Position numbers and translations under genes: made by a program
Origin: an uncultured Alphaproteobacteria bacterium
Lineage (GTDB): Bacteria; Pseudomonadota; Alphaproteobacteria; Rs-D84
Length of the DNA: 64,000 nucleotides
Assembly: GCA_944389385.1 (NCBI GenBank)
Contig: CALXMC010000004.1
Location: 8,254-72,253 of the forward strand
Direction of reading: 5' to 3'
Shown here: positions 37,827 to 49,030 of the stretch, one piece after another
How positions within the stretch are numbered: position 1 is the stretch's first letter
How the letters are laid out: each line of letters opens with the position of its first letter
Notes under the pieces: model-generated
What the model was told of the DNA's origin: nothing
The model's input: only the letters and a program-made list of their open reading frames with translations
The model's database searches: none

Positions 37827-37917
37827 TTTGAATGTTACACGAACAGAACTTGAATAATTGTTTGATTTTTTTTGGTTTGGGACTTAAAGTATCATTAAAG
37901 GTACATCAGGGTGATAT

Positions 37918-38703
37918 ATGATAAAAGAAATCAGTTATTCTGTGTATATTTTCCCAGTACGTAACGGCCGCGTGGCACTGTTAAAGTACGGTGATGATGG
38001 ATATGGTCCAATCGGCGGTCGTTTGGATGATTGCGAAAAATTCAACGATGCCCTGGGGCGCGAATTGGTGGAAGAATTGGGTGTCGGCGCTGATGTTTTA
38101 TTAAAAGACGCATTTGAAATACCTGTGTCGTATAAATTCAAACATTCATTGCCGGAACAGGCTGAAAAACGTGGCGCATGGGCCGAAGAGCATCATTTTT
38201 ATATCGCGCAAATACCAGATGACTTTGATATTGAATTTTGCGAGTCGCGCCCAGAAAAAGTTTCTGTGGTATGGGTTTCGCCAGATGAACTGGTTTCGCC
38301 AAACATCATACCATTTGATGATATGCGCGTATTTTATGCAACGCATATTGTGCCGAACCTGGCGTGCAGATTTTCTATGAATTTACAACACCAATACTAT
38401 GAAATGATAAAGTCGGGCGAAAAAGATATAGAATTACGCCTGTATGATGAAAAGCGGCGCAAAATGCGCAATGGCGATATGCTGTTGATTTATGACGCAC
38501 AAAATCCGTCGGATTATATTCGTTGCATAATATCACGTTTGCATATCGCCAAAAGTTTTGCGGATTTATCAACCAAAATCAGTATGCCACGAACTGGTTT
38601 CCCAACATTAAACGCATTGTTGGGCGCTGTGTCGAAATTTTATTCCCCCGACATGGAAACTAAACATGGCATCGTGGGCATAGAACTGATGTTCGCGGAA
38701 TAA
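37918..38703 (+). CDS. Nudix hydrolase fused to C-terminal ASCH domain
   Basis: Nudix box GGRLDDCEKFNDALGRELVEELGV. C-terminal YYEMIKSGEKDIELRLYDEKRRKMRNGDML matches ASCH pattern. Confidence 0.6.
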   Translation: MIKEISYSVYIFPVRNGRVALLKYGDDGYGPIGGRLDDCEKFNDALGRELVEELGVGADVLLKDAFEIPVSYKFKHSLPEQAEKRGAWAEEHHFYIAQIPDDFDIEFCESRPEKVSVVWVSPDELVSPNIIPFDDMRVFYATHIVPNLACRFSMNLQHQYYEMIKSGEKDIELRLYDEKRRKMRNGDMLLIYDAQNPSDYIRCIISRLHIAKSFADLSTKISMPRTGFPTLNALLGAVSKFYSPDMETKHGIVGIELMFAE

Positions 38704-39703
38704 TTCCAGAAATACCAATGTCGCACAGATGTGTATAAATCGGCTTGTCCAATCCCAATGCTGCGATAAGCGTACTGGGGTTTTGTTTTGTCCATAAATT
38801 TTGGTATGACACAACATTATTTTTTATCGTTTTTATCAGACCGCTGGGTAATTCTGACCGCCCGATACAAGACGACATATATACAAAGCATTCGTCATTA
38901 TCTGCCAAATTCGCACATGCCAATATACGCGCGTATACGTTCAGTGTTACATCCGCCTTGGTTGGGTCTTTGGTCCATGGACTGCCGCCGCCGATGGGGC
39001 AAGCAGTCGAATAAAAATCGCACGCCAATTTACGCCCAGTTATACCGCAATCCGCCACAGATGAATGATATGTATATCGTCCTGTGCCGTTAACAATTAT
39101 ATTGTTTGGCGTCTGGCCCAATGTATCAACGATGAAATCAGTTAAATCGGCATCATGCAACATTGGAATTGCAACAATTGCGGTCTCGATTGAATCATCG
39201 TTCAGTGTAATCTGGGTTTTTATGTCCAATCCAAAATTATCAGATTTCCGTGCCATATCATACAATGCACGGTTTAATTTTTTTGCCAAGAATAATTCGC
39301 GGTTTATTTTTTGTTCGCCACGACATGCGTACCCGACAAATACACCTTGGTCGCCCCATCCGTCGGCAACAACGCCGCGGTTAATATCCGCAGATTGCAC
39401 CCCCAGTAAATTTACGATTTTTAATTTTTGGGGACAAATCGCAAAATCGCCCCAAATCGCAGAATACCTTTCATCATACCCAATTTCTGCCAATGCGGCA
39501 CTTACATATTCTGGTATACGTTCAAAATCTACGTTGCCAGTGATTTCTCCGCCCAGTACAACAGTGTTGTCTTTGATCATAACCTCGGTCGCATATTTTA
39601 CGTGCACATCTTGCGCAATCATGCGATCCAAAATGTAACAAGAAATATAGTCTGCAATTTTATCTGGATGTCCCAACGATACAGATTCAGCCGTTTTTTG
39701 CAT
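38660..39703 (-). CDS. metK: S-adenosylmethionine synthetase (MetK); C-terminus possibly aberrant
   Basis: GHPDKIADYIS, GDQG, GGGSPWTKDPTKAD motifs. Start set at ATG 39703. C-terminal ~30 aa do not match the expected TAAYGHFGR region. 44-nt convergent overlap with 37918..38703. Confidence 0.7.
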   Translation of the reverse strand: MQKTAESVSLGHPDKIADYISCYILDRMIAQDVHVKYATEVMIKDNTVVLGGEITGNVDFERIPEYVSAALAEIGYDERYSAIWGDFAICPQKLKIVNLLGVQSADINRGVVADGWGDQGVFVGYACRGEQKINRELFLAKKLNRALYDMARKSDNFGLDIKTQITLNDDSIETAIVAIPMLHDADLTDFIVDTLGQTPNNIIVNGTGRYTYHSSVADCGITGRKLACDFYSTACPIGGGSPWTKDPTKADVTLNVYARILACANLADNDECFVYMSSCIGRSELPSGLIKTIKNNVVSYQNLWTKQNPSTLIAALGLDKPIYTHLCDIGISGIIPRTSVLCPRCHV

Positions 39704-40062
39704 AATTTTCTCCTTTGGTTTTGCAAATAATATAACCAAAGGCGGATTTACACAACGTATCAAATACAGTACGCATAACATGTGCGCCAAGATACGTAAA
39801 ATTATGGGATTTTTTCACAATAACACCCCCATATTTAGTCCATTTATAAGGCAGGACAAGTCTGGTTAAATCCACCTAAGTTGGGGGTGATTGTAACATA
39901 ATTTCTGTGTCTTAATCAACAAAAAATATAATCGCCAACGGTAAAGACACAAAAATTGTGAAAATATGGTATTTTTTCTTGATTTTTTATTTTTTATATG
40001 GCAAAATTAGCCCCGAACTTTGGAAAATGTGATGCAAACGCATCCATTTCCAGTTCAGTTTT

Positions 40063-40138
40063 GGGGACATAGCTCAGTTGGTAGAGCAAATGACTTTTAA
40101 TCATTGGGTCCAGGGTTCGAGTCCCTGTGTCCCCACCA
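40063..40138 (+). tRNA. tRNA-Lys (anticodon TTT), CCA encoded
   Basis: GGGGACA TA GCTC AGTTGGTA GAGC A AATGA CTTTTAA TCATT GGGTC CAGGG TTCGAGT CCCTG TGTCCCC A CCA. Confidence 0.85.
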
Positions 40139-40141
40139 AGA

Positions 40142-40176
40142 AAACCCGCGGACACCCGCGGGATTTTTGTTTTTTG
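40142..40176. terminator. Rho-independent terminator after tRNA-Lys, possibly bidirectional for the DHFR-like gene
   Basis: AAACCCGCGGACACCCGCGGGATTTTTGTTTTTT. Confidence 0.6.
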
Positions 40177-40187
40177 ACGCCAATTAT

Positions 40188-40694
40188 TTATCTGGATTTT
40201 TTGCGTATCCAACGCGATATTTTTATATCGATGTCATTGTGTTCTGATGGCCAGTTCGCACCATTTACATTTAATACATCAGACAGAACATAATCCCGAC
40301 GAAAATCCGTCGGAAAATATGTATATTTGTCCGGATTATGTCGTACATCTGCCGCCAATGCGTCAGAATAAATTTCAGACACATACAATACGTCTGTAAT
40401 TTCTTTATCGATTACATATTTATAAATACTGCCCCCGCCACAGACAAATGTTGTTTTGTACGGATATGTTATGCGGCTGATTTTGATTGCGTTTTCTATC
40501 GAGTTTGTTTTTATATATTTTGTTCCACTATCGGTTGGCATCGGTTGGAATTTTGGGAAATTGCGACTGCATACAATATTTCCCCGACCGCGCAATGGGT
40601 AATGTGGCAAGTTATAAAAAGTTGTTGCCCCAAAAATACACGGATGGTTCACAGTTGCTTTTTTGAAAAAATAAAAATCTTTATCAGAATGCAA
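40188..40694 (-). CDS. Dihydrofolate reductase-like protein (non-ATG TTG start; N-terminal region short)
   Basis: [29 protein letters not shown] aligns with DHFR [34 protein letters not shown] matches the DHFR GGG motif. Minus-strand start codon reads TTG directly after an in-frame TAA. Lacks ~20 N-terminal residues of canonical FolA. Confidence 0.45.
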   Translation of the reverse strand: [168 protein letters not shown]

Positions 40695-40804
40695 TTATAT
40701 CAAATTGGAATTAGAAGTCTAGTCGCAACAAAAACATTTGTTGGCAACATTTTGAACAAATTATATCAAATTGGAATAACAGGTCAGTGGGTAACGAAGA
40801 ATAA

Positions 40805-40888
40805 AAGAAAAGACCCGGCGTCCCCAGAGTGCCGCTGCGAACTCGGCTTAAGCAGTTGAATTTTACCCCTCTGGTCATCGGGTCTTCA
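40805..40888 (-). terminator. Long interrupted hairpin plus U-tract downstream of 40936..41622
   Basis: Minus-strand RNA: AAGACCCG...CCAGAG...CUCUGG...CGGGUCUU then UUUUCUUUUAUU. Confidence 0.4.
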
Positions 40889-40935
40889 ACAAAAGTTATA
40901 AATCAGTCGGATTCCAAAGTCAAGCCTGTATCCCA

Positions 40936-41622
40936 TTATGAACGAATTAAGTAATTATTATCGGTATTAAAATCCTTTACCAATACACTTGGTGCTTTGT
41001 GCCCGGCGCACAACGCACCTGCAAACATTAACACCATTTCGGTCGGGATGCCGCCCAGTTCCACAGTTATGGATTTTTCATTAAATACAACTTCTTTTTC
41101 TGTATCTTTATAATTTCCGACGAAATTATTACCAATATTATATCCGCCAACATACAAAGAATCCAATTCAAGACTCGATTTCCATTTGTTTATTACTTTT
41201 TTGATTTTTTTGTCGTTGGACGCATTTATGAACCCGTATATTTTTTTTAACTCGGATTTAATATTCGATTTATCTGTATTGGTGCCGTTTGGGAACACAA
41301 CCATCCCGCCGCGATAATCAGAAAATCCGTATCGCGTGGTTTTCTTTGATTCGATATACGAATCCGTCATAGGATGGTTATTAAAACCGTTTTTATTTTT
41401 CCAAATTGTTTGTTCAATCCATCCGCGGGTCAATCCCGATGGGCGGGTATCCAATCCGTCTGATCTGAAATATTTTATTTTTTTAATTTTCATATTTGCC
41501 CCCATACCACTACTATTTTGTGTCGGATGTACCTCAACCGTGTCAAATTGAAAACGTCCGACATTTGAAGCGTTAACAACAAAACTAAGGCCGTTGGGTA
41601 ATTTTATTACCTTGTTCATCAT
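40936..41622 (-). CDS. Hypothetical protein (228 aa)
   Basis: Protein-like composition, N/K-rich. No motif recognised. Confidence 0.4.
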   Translation of the reverse strand: MMNKVIKLPNGLSFVVNASNVGRFQFDTVEVHPTQNSSGMGANMKIKKIKYFRSDGLDTRPSGLTRGWIEQTIWKNKNGFNNHPMTDSYIESKKTTRYGFSDYRGGMVVFPNGTNTDKSNIKSELKKIYGFINASNDKKIKKVINKWKSSLELDSLYVGGYNIGNNFVGNYKDTEKEVVFNEKSITVELGGIPTEMVLMFAGALCAGHKAPSVLVKDFNTDNNYLIRS

Positions 41623-42298
41623 AGTCTAAATAGTTCCATTTTTTATCTTCTTCAATGGTGGCAAAGCAGCATTTTATATCTGGTTCACAATTTTCTTCAT
41701 AAATTTTTTCGACGCATCCGAAACTGGGACCTGCGCAGTATGCGCGTGCAAAGGCTTTTGGATATCCGCGCGATATTTTATTTTCTATACATTCTTTGCG
41801 AACAACGTCTTCAATATCGTCCATGGTGCCGAATACTACTATACTTGCGCCGAAAAGAAACGCCCAAAAGCATAATACGCTGAACGATATCATAGTGGTA
41901 TTTTGTTGAGGCATCTTGCTTTTTGGGTTGGCAAACAAATAAATCAGGCAAAGAACAGATATTGCCGCACAAATCAAAACAATTACATCGTCAAATCTTG
42001 GGAAATCCCAAAAAACTCTGCCAAATTTTACCACATAATACAGCCACCACCCACAACAAAACAGTACAAATCCATGTGCAAATTTGCTGTTTTTTATTAT
42101 CAAGTATCCAACTGAAAACATCGTGGCGGCAAAAGTAAGCCCGACAAGTATCATCGACAATATACTGATCGTGGCCGCCACACCAATCCATACAAACGCA
42201 ATCGCGAATATAATGACGGCCTGGATGTATTTCATCCAATCGTACCAATTTAACATTTTTATACGATTAAAGATTTGTTTTTGCGGGTTCACAGGCAT
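41585..42298 (-). CDS. Hypothetical multi-pass membrane protein
   Basis: Several hydrophobic helices (AVIIFAIAFVWIGVAATISILSMILVGLTFAATMF...). Confidence 0.45.
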   Translation of the reverse strand: MPVNPQKQIFNRIKMLNWYDWMKYIQAVIIFAIAFVWIGVAATISILSMILVGLTFAATMFSVGYLIIKNSKFAHGFVLFCCGWWLYYVVKFGRVFWDFPRFDDVIVLICAAISVLCLIYLFANPKSKMPQQNTTMISFSVLCFWAFLFGASIVVFGTMDDIEDVVRKECIENKISRGYPKAFARAYCAGPSFGCVEKIYEENCEPDIKCCFATIEEDKKWNYLDYDEQGNKITQRP

Positions 42299-42390
42299 TC
42301 TCCTTTGTATGATAATACCCGATTTTTTACAAAAATCTATAAAATTACGACAAATAAAAGTCGGGTTAACGTTCTGTTACTTGGCGCTTG

Positions 42391-42758
42391 AAACAATAGG
42401 AATAATAACCATTATACAAGACGCGAATTATATGGTAAAATACAACCTATCCTTGAATTTGTTCCTGGATTTATACCTAAAAGGAAGGATTATGAATCAT
42501 GCAAGCATTTGGGCTGCGGTTGATTATATCGCCGCATCAAATGGACTAAGCCGGTCAGGATTGGCACGTGCGTGTGGTTTGGACGCAACCGCGTTTAATA
42601 AAAGCAAACGCATAGACAAATATGGTAAATTGCATTGGCCTTCGTGCATAACAATAGCCAAAATTATATCGTTTGCCCACATATCCCCAGAAGAATTTGG
42701 TCGAATAATCCGCAAAACAACCAACCCCAAAAATTAACCACGATGTGTTTTTATATAC
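42391..42758. repeat. Right copy of the ~360-bp inverted repeat
   Basis: Reverse complement of 37469-37826. Confidence 0.8.
42492..42737 (+). CDS. Small XRE/phage-repressor-like HTH DNA-binding protein (copy 2, identical to copy 1)
   Basis: Identical protein to 37480..37725. ATG at 42492 preceded by AGGAAGGA. Confidence 0.55.
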   Translation: MNHASIWAAVDYIAASNGLSRSGLARACGLDATAFNKSKRIDKYGKLHWPSCITIAKIISFAHISPEEFGRIIRKTTNPKN

Positions 42759-42950
42759 TGTGGTCTGCGGGGGTGTATGAATAAATAATTTTAACATCAG
42801 ATATTGCATGTTATACGTGTCAATTTCTGATGTTTTTTATTACGAATATATTCCTGTAATTTTTGGTTGATTTTTATACAAAATACAATCATAATAAGAA
42901 TATAGTCAAAGAAATCCTGGGGTTAACAGAATATTTGTTTAGGGGGAGTC

Positions 42951-43196
42951 ATGATAACAAATTCTATGTTTTGGCATGCGATAGATAACCTGGCGGCGTC
43001 ACGTAACATGTCTTGTTCGCGTATGGCGCAAATCAGTGGTATGGATATAACTGCACTGAATAAATGCAAGCGTCGCGGTGCAGATGGCAAACCACATTGG
43101 ATGTCGGTCGGCAGTTTAGTCAAAATCATGAATGCCACAAATACCACTTGGCGTGAATTTGCAGATTTTTTCCCACCCGACCGCGGCCGTGAATAA
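42951..43196 (+). CDS. Paralogous small HTH DNA-binding protein (81 aa)
   Basis: MFWHAIDNLAASRNMSCSRMAQISGMDITALNKCKRRGADGKPHWMSVGSLVKI shares the W..(V/I)D.(I/L)AAS...S.S..A...G(L/M)D.TA.NK.KR...GK.HW.S pattern. Confidence 0.5.
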   Translation: MITNSMFWHAIDNLAASRNMSCSRMAQISGMDITALNKCKRRGADGKPHWMSVGSLVKIMNATNTTWREFADFFPPDRGRE

Positions 43197-43218
43197 AATT
43201 ATATTTCCGTTGTGTTAA

Positions 43219-45249
<2,031 letters not shown>

Positions 45250-45252
45250 CGA

Positions 45253-45873
45253 TTACAACCCAAACTTATACGCCGCGCCGATATAGAATTCTGTTCCATC
45301 GACTTCGATATTGTAATGATTGCCTGCGGCGTCGGTCATTTCCAAATCGCCATAGTTTTGATACTTTACGCCCAAATTCAAATCGATGCGTTCGTTCAGT
45401 GCGAAATTGACACCAATCATCGCCGCCCAAGACATATCGGCCGTTGCATCAGACATATCCAGTGCGCCATCAACGCTGCCCCAGATGCCGGAAACACCAA
45501 CGCCCAATCCTGCATACGGTTCAACCGCGCCACCGAATTGTTTGTATAAATACACATTCAGCATATTCGACCAAACATCAAAATTATAATTGTTGCCGTT
45601 TTTGCTTTTATTTGCGTATGTGTATTCTGTTTCGAATTCCAATTTCAAAAAATCGGTCAAACGATTTCCAACAATTAACCCGAAACCAAAACTGTCATCG
45701 CGAACCTTGAACCCATCGCCATTTTCAGGCTCAACCCCAAACGCCAAATTGTCATTTTTGTGCAAACGCACGCCGACATAGTTGTCGCGCCGCGGCGTCT
45801 GGCCGCCGTATTCGTTCGCCATCGCGGGCACAGTCATAAATAACGCAGTCATAATTGCAAATAATTTTTTCAT
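45253..45873 (-). CDS. Outer-membrane beta-barrel protein (Omp25/OmpW-like)
   Basis: Signal peptide MKKLFAIMTALFMTVPAMA. Alternating amphipathic beta-strand pattern. Aromatic C-terminal region. Confidence 0.6.
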   Translation of the reverse strand: MKKLFAIMTALFMTVPAMANEYGGQTPRRDNYVGVRLHKNDNLAFGVEPENGDGFKVRDDSFGFGLIVGNRLTDFLKLEFETEYTYANKSKNGNNYNFDVWSNMLNVYLYKQFGGAVEPYAGLGVGVSGIWGSVDGALDMSDATADMSWAAMIGVNFALNERIDLNLGVKYQNYGDLEMTDAAGNHYNIEVDGTEFYIGAAYKFGL

Positions 45874-45966
45874 TCCCCATTCCTTTTATACAAAATGTAA
45901 CACGACGCATTATAGTTTTAATTTATGGAAAAACGCAAGTTGTTTGTGATATAATTCCATAAAACC

Positions 45967-47748
45967 ATGGGGAAAGATTTGCAGAAAAAAAATATCGCAT
46001 CACGAAAAAATCAGTCTGAACCGCGGACGTCCCGCGGATTGCGTATATTTGTTTGGTGTGTTGATTTATTTATGCTGTTGTTGGTTGGGGTTGCGATATA
46101 CGTTGTGATTGTGTTTTTGCAGATGCCGTCACTGGATGCGATTTTACACGAAACTCGTCCGGCGACCATTATTATTTTGGATCAAGACGGCAATGAAATT
46201 CGTGCGTCAAATCGCATAATGGGAACACCTGTGTCTGTCGAGTCTTTGCCCCCACACGTATGGCAATCGATTATCGCGATTGAAGACAAGCGTTTCTTTG
46301 AACACGGTCCGATTGAATTTCGCGCGATTGCACGTGCAATGATTTCAAATTTAATGCGCGGTCGTTTGGCTGCGGGCGGTTCAACAATTACACAACAAAC
46401 GGCCAAGAATATATTTTTATCGCGTGAAAAAAAGATTTCACGAAAAATCCAAGAACTGATTTTGTCATATTGGTTGGAAAACAGATTTACAAAAAATCAA
46501 ATACTGGATTTGTATATGAATCGTGTGTCTTTGGTTGGCGGGCTGCGTGGGATTGACGCGGCGGCGCGCATGTTGTTCCAACGTTCTGCAAAAGAATTAT
46601 CCATTGCCCAGGCTGCACAAATCGCCGCCATGTTAAAGGCCCCAACCGCATACAGTCCATTGGCAAATCCCGATAAAAACATTGCCCGCGCCCGCGTAAT
46701 ATTGCAAGAAATGGTGCGCCAGGGATATATCACATTGAACCAGGCGCGAATTGCTGCGCGACAATTGGCGCCCGCTGTGCCTGGGCATAACACAAATATT
46801 TATCGTTATTGGACAGACTTCGTCCTGGACGAGGTTAAATCAACCATCGGCACATTGGAATCTGATTTATATGTTTATACCACACTGGATATGAAATTAC
46901 AGGAACGTGTTGCCGATATTTTGCCGCGCCATGTTGGCGAATATCAGGGTGCGGCCGTTGCCATGGATACGGGTGGCGCGGTGCGTGCGATGGTTGGTGG
47001 AACTGATTATCAAGAAAGTCAATTTAATCGCGCGTTGGCACTGCGCCAACCCGGCAGTTCGTTTAAGCCCGTTGTATATCTGGTGGCGTTGGAAAATGGC
47101 ATGACGCCCGACAGTTATGTTAATGATTCTCCGTTTTCAATTGGCGATTATTCACCACAAAATTATAACAAGCGTTATTACGGTGATATAACTTTGGCGA
47201 CCGCATTTGCAAAGTCTGTTAATTCGGTGCCATTGAAATTAACCCAAGAATTTGGAATCGATAATGTATTGAATATGGCGGGTCGTTTGGGTGTGGGTAA
47301 TAAATTGCGGCGCGAATATTCAACCGTTTTGGGTGCGTCTGAAATGTCTTTGTTGGATTTGACGACAATATATGCGGTCATTTGGAACGACGGGTATTCT
47401 GTGCGCCCGTATTCAATCACAAAAATCACAGACGCGCATGGCAACATAATTTATGAACGCAATCCATCCGAACCGTTACAGGTTTTAATGCCACAAACTG
47501 TGGATTATATGACTGAATTATTGGCCGACGTGGTAAAGCCCGCCGGTACGGGTCACCGTGCAATGGCACCCGGTGTATTGGGCGGAAAAACAGGCACCAG
47601 TAATGATAACCGCGATGCTTGGTTTGTTGGCGCGTGGAATAATTTGATAATTGGGGTTTGGACGGGCAACGATAACTTTACCCCCATGTCGTCAAAAATA
47701 ACCGGCGGCACAATCCCCGCAACGATATTCCATGAAATTGTGAAATAA
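45967..47748 (+). CDS. Class A penicillin-binding protein (GT51 transglycosylase + transpeptidase)
   Basis: GT51 motifs EDKRFFEHGPIEF, GGSTITQQ. Transpeptidase SSFKP (SxxK), SVN (SxN), KTGT. N-terminal TM anchor. Confidence 0.8.
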   Translation: MGKDLQKKNIASRKNQSEPRTSRGLRIFVWCVDLFMLLLVGVAIYVVIVFLQMPSLDAILHETRPATIIILDQDGNEIRASNRIMGTPVSVESLPPHVWQSIIAIEDKRFFEHGPIEFRAIARAMISNLMRGRLAAGGSTITQQTAKNIFLSREKKISRKIQELILSYWLENRFTKNQILDLYMNRVSLVGGLRGIDAAARMLFQRSAKELSIAQAAQIAAMLKAPTAYSPLANPDKNIARARVILQEMVRQGYITLNQARIAARQLAPAVPGHNTNIYRYWTDFVLDEVKSTIGTLESDLYVYTTLDMKLQERVADILPRHVGEYQGAAVAMDTGGAVRAMVGGTDYQESQFNRALALRQPGSSFKPVVYLVALENGMTPDSYVNDSPFSIGDYSPQNYNKRYYGDITLATAFAKSVNSVPLKLTQEFGIDNVLNMAGRLGVGNKLRREYSTVLGASEMSLLDLTTIYAVIWNDGYSVRPYSITKITDAHGNIIYERNPSEPLQVLMPQTVDYMTELLADVVKPAGTGHRAMAPGVLGGKTGTSNDNRDAWFVGAWNNLIIGVWTGNDNFTPMSSKITGGTIPATIFHEIVK

Positions 47749-47781
47749 ATTGCTTGAATGAAAATTTCGGTTTTTGTATGA

Positions 47782-47967
47782 TTGGCGCGCGGGCGCACAA
47801 CTGTTGCTATTGCGCACAGATTATCCACTTTGCGTAATATGGATAAAATCGTGGTGTTAAACAATGGCGTGGTGGTGGAATACGGCACACACAATCAATT
47901 ACTGCGCCGTCGCGGCGAATATTGGCGGTTGTGGAATTTGCAATCCGGTGGATTTATCCAAGAATAA
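47782..47967 (+). pseudogene. Remnant of an ABC exporter ATPase C-terminus (MsbA-like)
   Basis: 61-aa [39 protein letters not shown]...[10 protein letters not shown] equals the H-loop and C-terminal tail of ABC ATPases. No upstream Walker A, signature or TMD. Confidence 0.6.
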
Positions 47968-48003
47968 TTTTGTTTTTATTATATCAAAATTTGTGATATA
48001 ATA

Positions 48004-48993
48004 ATGGGCATGAAGTGTAGGAAACTGTTTCTTTTACCGTTGTTGTCATGCCTGGTGGTGGGCGCGGCGCGTGCGAATTGGGAATATCCTGGTTACTATA
48101 TTGGCGAAGGCGCCTATACCGATGATGGCAGTCGATTTACGTTTTCATTCCGTGGCGGTATGTCATTTGGATTTGGCTCGATTCAGAACGATATCGGGGA
48201 ATTAACCCCACTGTATTACAGTGACGGTGTGTCTATATTGTCCGAATTGGCATATTTACAGGGAATAAATTCTGTAAACAGCACGGATTACGAAAATTTT
48301 ATGCCGATTGGATACGTTAATATCGGCGATTTATCGCCGACCAAGGATTATGATTCTTTCACATTTGCGGCGGGTGCCAGTATCGGTTGGACGGTTCCGA
48401 ATTCGCCGCAATGGCGCATAGAATTTGGTTGGGATCATATTTCCGAAAGTGAATACAACGCGTCGCCGTTTTTATCTGGCGATGCCACGTTGTTGGGCAC
48501 AGAACAAAGTGATGTTGTCGCGAATATATCCAGTGGTGCTGTGCAATCGTCTGTCATGACCGATATTTTCAGCATCATGGCATTTTATGATTTTTATTCT
48601 GGCATGCAAAAACCTGTACGCACGTTGATTCCATATTTTGGTTTTGGGGTCGGGTACGCAGATATTTTGACAACGCTGAACATGACGGATTTGTATGGTG
48701 ATTTGTCGTTAAGTACGGATTTGTTGCCGTATGGCGACAAGGCCGACGAATTAAGCCCAATACAGTTTTATCGTTCAGAACGTAATATTGCAAATATTGC
48801 GGGATTGTTGGCGTTGGGTGTGTCGTACGGCATAGATAAAAATACTTATTTTGATTTTGGTGTGCGCGCGGCGTATATTCCTGAAATTCGGTGGTCTTTG
48901 TCGAATGCGGATGGCACGCTGTACCGTGATTGGTTTTCGTCGCAAAATACATTTTACATAAACGCGATGATCGGTCTGCGGTTCGAGTTTTAA
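48004..48993 (+). CDS. Outer-membrane beta-barrel protein
   Basis: Signal peptide (LLPLLSCLVVGAARA). C-terminal GLRFEF with terminal Phe. Beta-strand periodicity. Confidence 0.6.
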   Translation: MGMKCRKLFLLPLLSCLVVGAARANWEYPGYYIGEGAYTDDGSRFTFSFRGGMSFGFGSIQNDIGELTPLYYSDGVSILSELAYLQGINSVNSTDYENFMPIGYVNIGDLSPTKDYDSFTFAAGASIGWTVPNSPQWRIEFGWDHISESEYNASPFLSGDATLLGTEQSDVVANISSGAVQSSVMTDIFSIMAFYDFYSGMQKPVRTLIPYFGFGVGYADILTTLNMTDLYGDLSLSTDLLPYGDKADELSPIQFYRSERNIANIAGLLALGVSYGIDKNTYFDFGVRAAYIPEIRWSLSNADGTLYRDWFSSQNTFYINAMIGLRFEF

Positions 48994-48997
48994 GTTA

Positions 48998-49030
48998 AAA
49001 AAAATCCGCCATTCGGCGGATTTTTATTTT
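48998..49030. terminator. Bidirectional rho-independent terminator
   Basis: AAAAAAAATCCGCCATTCGGCGGATTTTTATTTT between convergent OMP and comM genes. Confidence 0.6.

Noticed and set aside
40805-40888. Riboswitch (ZTP/THF-like) upstream of the DHFR-like gene
   Set aside because: On the relevant strand the element is a long hairpin followed by a U-tract immediately downstream of the preceding gene. It is more simply a terminator, and I could match no riboswitch consensus.
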